From: an uncultured Acidobacteriaceae bacterium
Lineage (GTDB): Bacteria; Acidobacteriota; Terriglobia; Terriglobales; Acidobacteriaceae
Direction: 5' to 3'
DNA length: 64,000 nucleotides
Assembly: GCA_964530145.1 (NCBI GenBank)
Contig: CAZGXY010000080.1
Location: 70,822 to 134,821, forward strand
This document shows, piece after piece, positions 45,174-53,653 of this stretch. Position numbers and translations under genes: made by a program. A model generated the notes under the pieces. It ran no database searches. It was not told the origin of the DNA and saw only the letters and a list, made by a program, of their open reading frames with translations. The stretch's first letter is position 1. Each line of letters begins with the position of its first letter.

Positions 45174-46535
45174 TCAGCACAATCCGCGCACAACCTCCTT
45201 AAACGTCCTCCCGCGGTGCTCATAACTCTTGAACTGATCGAAGCTTGCACACGCCGGAGCCAGAAGCACGACATCTCCCGGCTGTGCAACAGCATTCGCC
45301 TTGCGCACGGCATTCTCCAGCGTCTCGGCATGTACCAGTTCCGGACCGCCTTGCCTCTGCGAAACGATCTGCGACTCGATCTTCTCCGCCGCAGCCCCAA
45401 TCGTGTATACACGCTTGACGCGCTGGCGCAACAGGTCGCTGAGCAAACTGTAATCGCTTCCTTTATCTTTGCCGCCGAGGATGAGGTGAATGCTCCCAGG
45501 AAACGACTCCAGCGCCTTGATCGTTGCGTCTACGTTGGTCGCCTTCGAATCGTTGTAGTAGTCCACACCGCGGATAGTGGCCACAAATTCCAGCCGGTGC
45601 TCAACTGCTTTGAAATCGCGCACCGCTTGCCGAATCTTTCCCGCGGAGCAGCCCATCAGGGCACCCGCGCACACTGCCGCCAGCACGTTTTCGAGATTGT
45701 GCGCGCCCTTCAGCGGAACCTCCGCCACTTGCATGATCTCGTATTGCTGCGTTCCGCCGCGAAATAAAATTTTACCGTCGTGGACCCACGAGCCGTACTC
45801 CACTTCTTTCTGCCGGCTGAACCAGAAAACCTGAGCTTGAGTTCTCGACGCCATGCCGGCACAAATCGCATCGTCCGCATTCAACAGCGCAAAATCGTCG
45901 CGCCCTTGATTCTCAAAAATGCGTGCCTTCGCATTCACGTATGTCTCGAGCGTGCGATGACGATCCAGATGGTCGGGCGTCACGTTCAGCACAAGCGCAA
46001 TTCTTGGGCGAAACGTCTGGATCGTTTCCAACTGAAAACTCGAAACCTCGAGCACGATGACCGTCTCCCGCTTGGCCCGTTCCGCCAGCGAAATCGCGGG
46101 TGTACCAATGTTGCCGCCGACCAGCGTCTGTAATCCGCCGGCCGTCAAAATTTCTCCAGTGAGTGTTGTAGTTGTAGTCTTCCCGTTCGATCCAGTGATC
46201 GCGATAATCGGCCCCGGCAAGAACCGCGACGCCAGTTCGATTTCGCCAATCACCACTTCGCCCAGCGAGCGCGCCTGTTGCAGCAAAGGCGCATCCACCG
46301 GAACGCCCGGACTCACCACAATCAAATCCTGCTCACGAAACGTGCGCTCGCCGTGCCCGCCGGTCTCGACAGTAATTCCATGATCAAGCAATGCGGGTAT
46401 TTCATTGCGCAGTTCATCTCCGCTTTTGGTGTCCGAGACGGTAACCCGCGCGCCACGCGCTTTCAAAAATAGAGCTGACGCTACCCCGGACTTGCCGAGG
46501 CCGACCACCAGCACGCGTTTGTCTTTGAGTTCCAT
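45174..46535 (-). CDS. murD: UDP-N-acetylmuramoylalanine--D-glutamate ligase MurD
   Basis: VLVVGLGKSGVASALFL and GSNGKTTTTTL. ATG 46535 preferred over GTG 46544. Confidence 0.95.
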   Translation of the reverse strand: MELKDKRVLVVGLGKSGVASALFLKARGARVTVSDTKSGDELRNEIPALLDHGITVETGGHGERTFREQDLIVVSPGVPVDAPLLQQARSLGEVVIGEIELASRFLPGPIIAITGSNGKTTTTTLTGEILTAGGLQTLVGGNIGTPAISLAERAKRETVIVLEVSSFQLETIQTFRPRIALVLNVTPDHLDRHRTLETYVNAKARIFENQGRDDFALLNADDAICAGMASRTQAQVFWFSRQKEVEYGSWVHDGKILFRGGTQQYEIMQVAEVPLKGAHNLENVLAAVCAGALMGCSAGKIRQAVRDFKAVEHRLEFVATIRGVDYYNDSKATNVDATIKALESFPGSIHLILGGKDKGSDYSLLSDLLRQRVKRVYTIGAAAEKIESQIVSQRQGGPELVHAETLENAVRKANAVAQPGDVVLLAPACASFDQFKSYEHRGRTFKEVVRGLC

Positions 46536-46543
46536 CAAAATCA

Positions 46544-46683
46544 CTTCACCACAAAGTCACAGAGAAGCTAAGACACCAACGGCAGAAAAGTCATCACGAG
46601 CGCTGACGATATATCGATGGTTCCTGTTCATTGCTGAAAGACAAGCACGCTGGGTCGAATCTCTCTGTGGCCCTGTGGTGAAG
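46544..46683. repeat. REP-like element family 2 (CTCTGTG...GTGGTGAAG): inverted pair in the mraY-murD spacer
   Basis: CTTCACCACAAAGTCACAGAG (46544-46564) and CTCTGTGGCCCTGTGGTGAAG (46663-46683) are inverted repeats matching at 17 of 21 positions. Related copies lie at 63076-63097, with a partial copy at 45047-45059. Confidence 0.5.
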
Positions 46684-46688
46684 ATCCC

Positions 46689-47822
46689 TTACCTCAATTT
46701 CAAAGTCGTCAGCGCGAACAACGCAAATACCAGCGACGCAATCCAAAATCGCACGATGATCTTGGACTCCGACCAGCCCATCAACTCGAAGTGATGATGA
46801 ATGGGGGCCATTTTGAATATTCGTTTCTTTCGCAGCTTGTACGACCCCACCTGCAGGATTACCGAGACTGCCTCGATCACAAACACTCCGCCAATAAACG
46901 GCAGCAACAATTCCTGCTTGATAATCACGGCCACAGTACCGATCGCTCCCCCTAGCGCCAGCGATCCTACATCGCCCATGAAAACTTCCGCCGGGTGTGC
47001 GTTGTACCACAAAAATCCAATCGACGATCCCACCATGGCTCCGCAAAAAATCGTCAACTCGCCGACCTGCGGCATCTTCGGGATTTCCAGATACGCCGCA
47101 AACGTCGCGTGACCGCTGACGTATGTGAGCACGGTGAGCGCCCCTGCTGCAATTACCGTGCAGCCAATCGCCAGCCCATCGAGCCCATCCGTGAGGTTTA
47201 CCGCGTTGCTCGAGCCAACGATGACCAAAGCCACAAATGCGATAAATGGGAGGAATGCCAGCGGCCAAAGATGTTGAAACCGTTCCAGGTTCTGCACCAC
47301 CAGGTCCGGATGGAATTGCTTGAGGAAAGGCACGATCAGGCGCGTCGAATACATTCCGTACGTCTGCATCGCAATCAGCATGACGGCAATCACAATGCTG
47401 GTCGCGATCTGCAAGCCTAGCTTTGCCCGACCGGTCAATCCAAGATTGCGGCGATGCGCCACTTTTGTATAGTCGTCGGTGAAACCGATGGCTGCGAAGG
47501 CGCAGGTGGCAAAAACCGCGATCCACACGAATCGGTTACTGAGATCGGCCCATAGCAGGGTCGGGACCACGATTGCAATCGCAATCAGCAGTCCGCCCAT
47601 GGTCGGCGTCCCCGCTTTTTTCTGGTGCGCTTTAGGGCCCTCTTCGCGAATGTACTGCCCAATTTGAAATTCGCGGAGGCGGTTGATCACCAGCGGCCCG
47701 ACGATCAATGCGGTAAAGAGCGCCGTGAGGCTGGCAAATGCGGTGCGAAAGGTCAGATAACGGAAGATGCGGAATGGCGGAACGTAATGCTGCAACTTCA
47801 GGTACAGCAACCAGTAGAGCAA
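46689..47822 (-). CDS. mraY: phospho-N-acetylmuramoyl-pentapeptide transferase MraY
   Basis: 377 aa polytopic protein with NAVNLTDGLDGLA and the HHHFE motif (APIHHHFELMGW). Confidence 0.97.
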   Translation of the reverse strand: MLYWLLYLKLQHYVPPFRIFRYLTFRTAFASLTALFTALIVGPLVINRLREFQIGQYIREEGPKAHQKKAGTPTMGGLLIAIAIVVPTLLWADLSNRFVWIAVFATCAFAAIGFTDDYTKVAHRRNLGLTGRAKLGLQIATSIVIAVMLIAMQTYGMYSTRLIVPFLKQFHPDLVVQNLERFQHLWPLAFLPFIAFVALVIVGSSNAVNLTDGLDGLAIGCTVIAAGALTVLTYVSGHATFAAYLEIPKMPQVGELTIFCGAMVGSSIGFLWYNAHPAEVFMGDVGSLALGGAIGTVAVIIKQELLLPFIGGVFVIEAVSVILQVGSYKLRKKRIFKMAPIHHHFELMGWSESKIIVRFWIASLVFALFALTTLKLR

Positions 47823-47845
47823 TCAGCCTCCGTCCCGCGAGAATT

Positions 47846-49222
47846 TCAATTGCCGTTGCGCCGCGCTTTCCAGGTTTCGAGCGCCTTCTCCAGCTTCACG
47901 CCGCGTGAAGCCTTTAATAAGACAGCGTCGCCGTCTCTTGTCTCACGCGCCAGCCATTCTCCCGCTTCTTCCGGAGACACGACAAACTCAGCCTGCGCGC
48001 CGGCATGCTTCGCGGCCTCCACTGCCGCCTGCGCCAGTCCGCGTACTCCCAGCAGCACATCGATCTTTCTTTCGGCCATATAGTAGCCAGCTTCACGGTG
48101 CATTTCTTCGCCCGCGGGACCGAGTTCGAGCATCTCGCCGGCTACCACGATGTGCCGTTTCGCCGCCATCCCCGCCAGCGCATCGACCATCGCCTGTAAC
48201 GCCTTTGGATTGGAATTGTAGCAATCGTCGATCACCGTGATGTTGCCCAATCGAAGAACCTGCCCACGTTTTTCCGCAGGAGTCAACGTGGCCAGAGTCC
48301 GCACCGTCTCTGAGAGACTTAACCCGCGCTCCAGCCCCACCACGATCGCAGCCAGCGCATTAAGCACGTTGTGTTCGCCCACCAGGGGCAACTTAGCCCG
48401 CTCGCGCACGCTTCCGATCACTACATCAAACTCTGAGCCTTCCGATCCTTTGGCAGCGATATTTTCCGCGCGCACGTCTGCGGTTGCCTTCGTGCCATAA
48501 AGCACAACCCTGCCTTTGAAGCCGCGGCCAAATTGTGCAACGTAATCGTCATCCGCATTCAAGACCGCGGTTCCGTTTGCCGGCAACGATTCCACCAGCT
48601 CATACTTAGCGTGGGCAATTCCCGCCAACGACTCAAAAAACTCCAGATGTACGGGAGCGACGTTGGTCACCACGCCGATTTCCGGCTGCGCGATGTTGGC
48701 AAGCCCACGAATCTCCCCGGCATGCGACATACCCATCTCGATCACCGCCGCTTCGTGTTCCGGTTCCAGCTTCAGAAGCATCAGCGGCAATCCAAAATGA
48801 TTGTTGAAGTTGCCTTCGGACTTGAGCACGCGACAGCGTGAACTCAACACGTGTGCAATCGCTTCTTTTGTAGTCGTCTTGCCCGCCGAACCGGTCACTG
48901 CAACCAGCGGCTTGCCCCATAGCTTTCGAACTGCCGTCGCCAAAGATTGCAGCGCATAGAGCGCATCTTCTACGGCGAGCAACGAGGCTTTGCCGGGATA
49001 ACGCGCCAGGTGTTCTTTGCGAATGACAGCACCCACCGCTCCTCGCTGAAGCGCCTGTTCGACAAAATCATGCCCATCGAAGCGCTCGCCCTTCACTGCA
49101 AAGAAAAGCTCGCCCTTGCCGACGGTTCTCGAATCGATCGAGTAGGCGTGGGCGATTGACTCGCGAGGGAACTCTCCTGCCGCGGAAATGAATTCGGCGA
49201 TCTTGCCGAGCAGCAGCTTCAT
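47846..49222 (-). CDS. murF: UDP-N-acetylmuramoyl-tripeptide--D-alanyl-D-alanine ligase MurF
   Basis: VTGSAGKTTTKE P-loop. ATG 49222 forms an ATGA overlap with the murE stop (49219-49221). Confidence 0.94.
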   Translation of the reverse strand: MKLLLGKIAEFISAAGEFPRESIAHAYSIDSRTVGKGELFFAVKGERFDGHDFVEQALQRGAVGAVIRKEHLARYPGKASLLAVEDALYALQSLATAVRKLWGKPLVAVTGSAGKTTTKEAIAHVLSSRCRVLKSEGNFNNHFGLPLMLLKLEPEHEAAVIEMGMSHAGEIRGLANIAQPEIGVVTNVAPVHLEFFESLAGIAHAKYELVESLPANGTAVLNADDDYVAQFGRGFKGRVVLYGTKATADVRAENIAAKGSEGSEFDVVIGSVRERAKLPLVGEHNVLNALAAIVVGLERGLSLSETVRTLATLTPAEKRGQVLRLGNITVIDDCYNSNPKALQAMVDALAGMAAKRHIVVAGEMLELGPAGEEMHREAGYYMAERKIDVLLGVRGLAQAAVEAAKHAGAQAEFVVSPEEAGEWLARETRDGDAVLLKASRGVKLEKALETWKARRNGN

Positions 49223-50736
49223 CGCATCGCTCCAGCACCTGCCGCCTGGCATTCAAATCCGGCTGCTCTCATCGCTTCGCGCGCCACTTCTACATCGTCG
49301 AACGGGGCTGACCCCTGCCGCGTGACCTGCACCTTCTCGTGGCCTTTGCCCGCGATCAGCACAATATCTCCCGGCCGCGCCTCGCCGATGGCCAGCGCGA
49401 TCGCCTTGCGCCGATCCGGCTCGACGCTGTACTTCACTCCGGTTTTTTGCAAGCCGACCACAGCATCATTGATGATGGCGAGCGGATCCTCGCTCCGCGG
49501 GTTGTCAGACGTCAGCACTACAAAATCGCTGCCCCGGCCTGCCGCTTCGCCCATCAGCGGACGTTTCTTGCGGTCCCGGTCTCCACCGCATCCAAAAACG
49601 GTCAATACTCGTGCCTTGGCTGCGGCATTCGAAATGAATGTACGCGCGATTGCAGTCAGGTTCCGCAAAGCGTCATCGGTATGCGCGTAATCCACCACGA
49701 CCGTGAAGGGCTGCCCGCAATCCACCCGCTCGAACCTTCCGGGAACGCACGCCAGTTTGTCGACGCCGGCAGCGATTGCCCCGGCTTTGCAACCGCGCGC
49801 ATAAGCCGCGCCCACCGCTGCCAGAATGTTGTACACATTCACGCGCCCAATCAGGGGCGTGAAGACTGCGATTCTGTCGTCCGGAGTCATCACATCGAAT
49901 CGCGTTCCACGCGGGGTAATCTCGACCCTTTCCGCGTGCAGATCGCCACCATCCCACCCATATTTCAGAACTAGCGAGCTGCGTTTCCGGCTGAAATCCG
50001 CCAGCTTTGCCCCCGCTTCATCATCGATGTTCGTCACCACAGCCCGCGGCGCGTCCGTTCCACAGCCTTCAAATAGCACGCGCTTCGCCGCAAAATACTC
50101 TTCCATGGTTTTGTGATAATCGAGGTGATCGCGCGTGAGGTTCGTGAACACGGCTACGTCGAAGGGCACTCCATAAACGCGCTCCTGCGCCAGCGCGTGA
50201 GAGGAAACCTCCATCACCGCTTCTGCCGCCCCGTTTCCTAACGCTTCACTGAAGATGCGATTCAGATCGAGCGATTCAGGTGTGGTGTGCGGCGCGGGTA
50301 AAACTTTGCCGGCAACATGATATTCAATCGTCCCAATCAGAGCGCTCTTACGGCGTGCTGCGTTCAGAATCGATTCGATCAGAAAAGCTGTCGTGCTCTT
50401 ACCGTTGGTGCCGGTAATTCCCGTGATCGCCATCCGCTCGGACGGCTTCTTATAAAAATTGGCGCTCACGCGCGCCAGGGCACGCCGGCCATTCTGCACC
50501 AGCGCCCAACCAACATCCGCCCGAGGATTCACTTGTGCGGAATCGGTGACCACGGCAACCGCTCCCGCGTGAATTGCCTGATCAATAAACCGGTTACCGT
50601 CGCTCGATTCGCCGCGCATCGCGACAAACACGCACCCCGGCTTCACCCGCCGCGAATCGTATTCCACACTACCGATGTCCGGGTCCCCGCTCTGCGCGAG
50701 AACTTCCGCTCCATCCAGCAACTGTTGGAAGGTCAT
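49219..50736 (-). CDS. murE: UDP-N-acetylmuramoyl-L-alanyl-D-glutamate--2,6-diaminopimelate ligase MurE
   Basis: 505 aa with ITGTNGKSTT, the Mur ligase middle and C-terminal domains, and a DNPR motif (LTSDNPRSEDP) typical of the meso-DAP-adding enzyme. Confidence 0.95.
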   Translation of the reverse strand: MTFQQLLDGAEVLAQSGDPDIGSVEYDSRRVKPGCVFVAMRGESSDGNRFIDQAIHAGAVAVVTDSAQVNPRADVGWALVQNGRRALARVSANFYKKPSERMAITGITGTNGKSTTAFLIESILNAARRKSALIGTIEYHVAGKVLPAPHTTPESLDLNRIFSEALGNGAAEAVMEVSSHALAQERVYGVPFDVAVFTNLTRDHLDYHKTMEEYFAAKRVLFEGCGTDAPRAVVTNIDDEAGAKLADFSRKRSSLVLKYGWDGGDLHAERVEITPRGTRFDVMTPDDRIAVFTPLIGRVNVYNILAAVGAAYARGCKAGAIAAGVDKLACVPGRFERVDCGQPFTVVVDYAHTDDALRNLTAIARTFISNAAAKARVLTVFGCGGDRDRKKRPLMGEAAGRGSDFVVLTSDNPRSEDPLAIINDAVVGLQKTGVKYSVEPDRRKAIALAIGEARPGDIVLIAGKGHEKVQVTRQGSAPFDDVEVAREAMRAAGFECQAAGAGAMR

Positions 50737-50854
50737 TACGAGGAATTATATGGCACGGTCACAACGCCGCAGAATGCGGACATGGCCTGATTCCTGCTTG
50801 CAGCGTTACTAACGGCACGTTCCCGCTCCGGTCCGCCCGACCTATATTGTTGCT

Positions 50855-51037
50855 ATGTCCACGGGAACCGGATCCGCCAAATACCGCTGCGGCCAATGCG
50901 AAATGACCGAAGACCAGTGCGAGTGCGAGCGCTTCTGCTGCCTTTGCCAGTCTCAGCTCGATATCCGCATCTGTGGCGATGGCCTCATGTACTGCGAACC
51001 CTGCCGCAACGCCTGCGATTACAAAACCTCAGACTAA
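50855..51037 (+). CDS. small cysteine-rich protein (60 aa, 11 Cys), putative zinc-binding
   Basis: Sequence: MSTGTGSAKYRCGQCEMTEDQCECERFCCLCQSQLDIRICGDGLMYCEPCRNACDYKTSD. CxxC at residues 12-15 and 47-50, CxC at 22-24, CCxC at 28-31. Hand-counted GC3 is about 70%, which is coding-like. No SD; a TATATT box lies 6 nt upstream of the ATG, so the mRNA may be leaderless. Confidence 0.6.
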   Translation: MSTGTGSAKYRCGQCEMTEDQCECERFCCLCQSQLDIRICGDGLMYCEPCRNACDYKTSD

Positions 51038-51065
51038 GCGCCGCATCAGCATCGCGACCGCTCTC

Positions 51066-52676
51066 TCAAATGACTACTGCTTCTCTGTACTCTCCGAAGA
51101 CGCGCCGCATCGCATCCGAGATTTCCCCGACGGTCGCGTGAGCCTCAACCGCGGTCAGAATTTTGGGCATCAGGTTCTCGCCTGATCGAGCGGCATCTTC
51201 TACCTGGGCCAACGCCCCCTTCCATGCACTTGTATCCCGTTTCGCCCGCAGAGACCTGACGCGCTCGATCTGCTTCGGCTCCAGCGCCGGATCGATCCGC
51301 TGAATCGGAATCGGCCTTTCCGCTTCGACCTCAAACCGGTTGACTCCGACCACGATCGCGTGCTGCTGATCGACCGCCTGCTGATATTCGTATGCGGCGT
51401 TCTGAATTTCCTGTTGCACGAATCCACGTTCAATCGCTTTCAGCATTCCCCCGATGACTTCAATCTTTCCCAGATATTCCGCCGCGCGCTTCTCGATCTC
51501 ATTCGTTAAAGACTCGATGTAATACGAACCCGCCAGGGGATCGACAGTCTGAGGCGCTCCCGACTCGAAGGCAATGATCTGCTGCGTGCGCAATGCGATG
51601 CGAGCCGCCTGCTCGGTCGGCAAGGCCAGAGCCTCGTCGTACGAATTCGTATGCAGAGATTGCGTGCCGCCCATCACCGCCGCCAGCGCCTGAATTGCGG
51701 TACGAACGATATTATTTTCCGGCTGCTGCGCGGTCAGCGTCGATCCCGCCGTCTGGGTGTGGAAGCGCAGCATCCACGACCGCGGATTCTTCGCCTTGAA
51801 ATGCTCGCGCATAATTCGCGCCCACATTCTGCGCGCGGCACGGAACTTCGCCACTTCTTCCAGAAAATTATTGTGCGCATTAAAGAAAAACGAGAGGCGC
51901 GGCGCGAACTGATCCACATCCAATCCGGCTTTGATAGCTGCCTCAACGTAGGCCATGCCGTTGCCCAGGGTGAACGCCACTTCCTGCACCGCGGTCGATC
52001 CCGCTTCGCGCATGTGATAGCCGGAGATCGAGATCGTGTTCCACTCTGGCACGCTCTCTTTCGCCCAGGCGAACATGTCTGTGATCACTCGCATCGCCTG
52101 CCGCGGCGGATAAATGTACGTCCCCCGCGCAATGTACTCTTTCAACACATCGTTCTGCACCGTACCGGAAAGCTTGCGAACATCGGCGCCCTTCCGCTTC
52201 GCGACGGCTACATACAGTGCTAAAAGAATCGAGGCGGTCGCATTGATCGTCATCGATGTAGAAATCTTTGTGAGGTCGATGCCGTCGAACAAACGCTCCA
52301 TGTCTTCGATGGAGTCGATCGCCACTCCCACTTTTCCCACTTCGCCTGTAGCCAGCGGATGATCCGAATCCATTCCAATCTGCGTCGGCAAGTCGAACGC
52401 CACCGAGAGCCCGGTCGTGCCATTCGCCAGCAGATATTTGTAACGCTTGTTCGATTCCTCGGCGTCACCCATGCCCGCGTACTGCCGCATGGTCCACAGG
52501 CGGCCGCGGTACATCGTCGCCTGCACTCCGCGCGTGAATGGATATTCGCCCGGATAGCCGACTTCGCTCTCATACTCGGAATGCTTGAGATCCGCAGGCG
52601 TGTAAAGCGCGTTCACCGGAATGTGCGAAGAGGTCTCGATCTCCGATCGGTGGTCTGCAGCTTTAGTGTCAGCCAT
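51066..52676 (-). CDS. methylmalonyl-CoA mutase-family large (catalytic) subunit
   Basis: [41 protein letters not shown] and [18 protein letters not shown] are classic acyl-CoA mutase TIM-barrel motifs. There is no B12-binding domain in this ORF. ATG 52676 preferred over TTG 52700. Confidence 0.93.
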   Translation of the reverse strand: MADTKAADHRSEIETSSHIPVNALYTPADLKHSEYESEVGYPGEYPFTRGVQATMYRGRLWTMRQYAGMGDAEESNKRYKYLLANGTTGLSVAFDLPTQIGMDSDHPLATGEVGKVGVAIDSIEDMERLFDGIDLTKISTSMTINATASILLALYVAVAKRKGADVRKLSGTVQNDVLKEYIARGTYIYPPRQAMRVITDMFAWAKESVPEWNTISISGYHMREAGSTAVQEVAFTLGNGMAYVEAAIKAGLDVDQFAPRLSFFFNAHNNFLEEVAKFRAARRMWARIMREHFKAKNPRSWMLRFHTQTAGSTLTAQQPENNIVRTAIQALAAVMGGTQSLHTNSYDEALALPTEQAARIALRTQQIIAFESGAPQTVDPLAGSYYIESLTNEIEKRAAEYLGKIEVIGGMLKAIERGFVQQEIQNAAYEYQQAVDQQHAIVVGVNRFEVEAERPIPIQRIDPALEPKQIERVRSLRAKRDTSAWKGALAQVEDAARSGENLMPKILTAVEAHATVGEISDAMRRVFGEYREAVVI

Positions 52677-52705
52677 GATGAGCGCCTTCCCCGGCACCAA
52701 ACTTT

Positions 52706-52736
52706 GTCATTCCGAAGCGCGAAGCGCTGAGGAGTC
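52706..52736 (+). repeat. REP-like element family 1 copy
   Basis: GTCATTCCGAAGCGCGAAGCGCTGAGGAGTC lies in the spacer upstream of the mutase gene. Its 15-mer TCATTCCGAAGCGCG matches the reverse complement of 55942-55956 at 14 of 15 positions. Confidence 0.5.
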
Positions 52737-52771
52737 CGCTGTCGGTCGCAGCTCCGAGGGCCAAGCCGCGG

Positions 52772-53119
52772 CTAACGCGCCGCATCTTTCCCCCTACGCC
52801 GGACTCGCACAAACGAACTTACGCCAAACCAGGCAAAGGTTACTGTGAAGCAAATTGCAACCGCCACGCGGCCGAACCCGGCTTTCCCCGCTTGATATTT
52901 CGAATATTCGTGGACCAACGCCGTCCCGCCGCTGGCGGCCATCAATAAAAAGACCAGCCCTGTAACCTCAAGCCACAACTGGTGTAGCACCTTGCCAAAA
53001 GCCCGCGCCGTGGTCGCGGCCGCGCCCGACATGGCGCGCAGAGTGCGGCTGCGCTTTGCCTGCTGGCCGGCGACCCGCGCCACCACCCCCAACTTTTGTG
53101 CGGTGGAAACCTTACTCAC
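52772..53119 (-). CDS. hypothetical membrane protein (115 aa, 2 TM)
   Basis: Hydrophobic segments VTGLVFLLMAASGGTALV and VAVAICFTVTFAWFGVSSF. No recognised motif. Confidence 0.45.
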   Translation of the reverse strand: MSKVSTAQKLGVVARVAGQQAKRSRTLRAMSGAAATTARAFGKVLHQLWLEVTGLVFLLMAASGGTALVHEYSKYQAGKAGFGRVAVAICFTVTFAWFGVSSFVRVRRRGKDAAR

Positions 53120-53250
53120 AGCTCGATTTTAACAGTCTCTGGCAGTACAATGACGCAAACCTGCCGCGGGGCAAAACCGTTAGGGCGGCGTGGGCATCCA
53201 ATGAGGGTGACGGCGGCATTCCGGCCACAGCAGACGGGATCGGGGGACAC

Positions 53251-53541
53251 GTGGATCAGCAACTCAAACAACTGATGAAAGAACTCGGCGAAGCCATCAA
53301 CGAATCGCTCTCCGATTCCGAACAGATCGCCGAGGTCGTCTCCCGCATTAAAGAAGGCGGCTACGACATTTTTCTTGTCCTCGAAGCCACCATCGGCGTC
53401 AGCAAGCAGGGCGACAAGAGCACCGACAAGACTTCCCTTGTCACCACTCTTTCTACCAACCCCGAATTCAAGGTCAGCGATCAGGACCTGAAATTTCTAA
53501 AGTCCCTTCGCATCAAGATCGAAGAAGAGAAAGAAAAGTAG
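53251..53541 (+). CDS. hypothetical protein (96 aa)
   Basis: GTG 53251 preceded by GGGGGA. Acidic helical sequence VDQQLKQLMKELGEAINESLSDSEQIAEVVSRIKEGGYDIFLVLEATIG. The longer 53056 start would overlap the opposite-strand gene. Confidence 0.45.
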   Translation: MDQQLKQLMKELGEAINESLSDSEQIAEVVSRIKEGGYDIFLVLEATIGVSKQGDKSTDKTSLVTTLSTNPEFKVSDQDLKFLKSLRIKIEEEKEK

Positions 53542-53653
53542 CTCCCAACCCCTTTCCCAAAGGTTGCAAGAAAGGAAACTGATTTCATAGCCTTAGGGGA
53601 ATCCCCGGCAACGTTCCCGCCTGTGCTACCATCTACTGTTTTTCAGGTTTGCC

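Noticed and set aside
46594-47526. 310-aa minus-strand ORF in an alternative frame of mraY
   Set aside because: It overlaps mraY in a different frame. mraY carries its diagnostic motifs, and the alternative frame is R/G/D-rich with no membrane character.
53056-53250. N-terminal 65 codons of ORF 53056-53541
   Set aside because: This part overlaps the opposite-strand membrane-protein gene and is P/R-rich. An in-frame GTG with a GGGGGA SD at 53251 gives a cleaner gene model.
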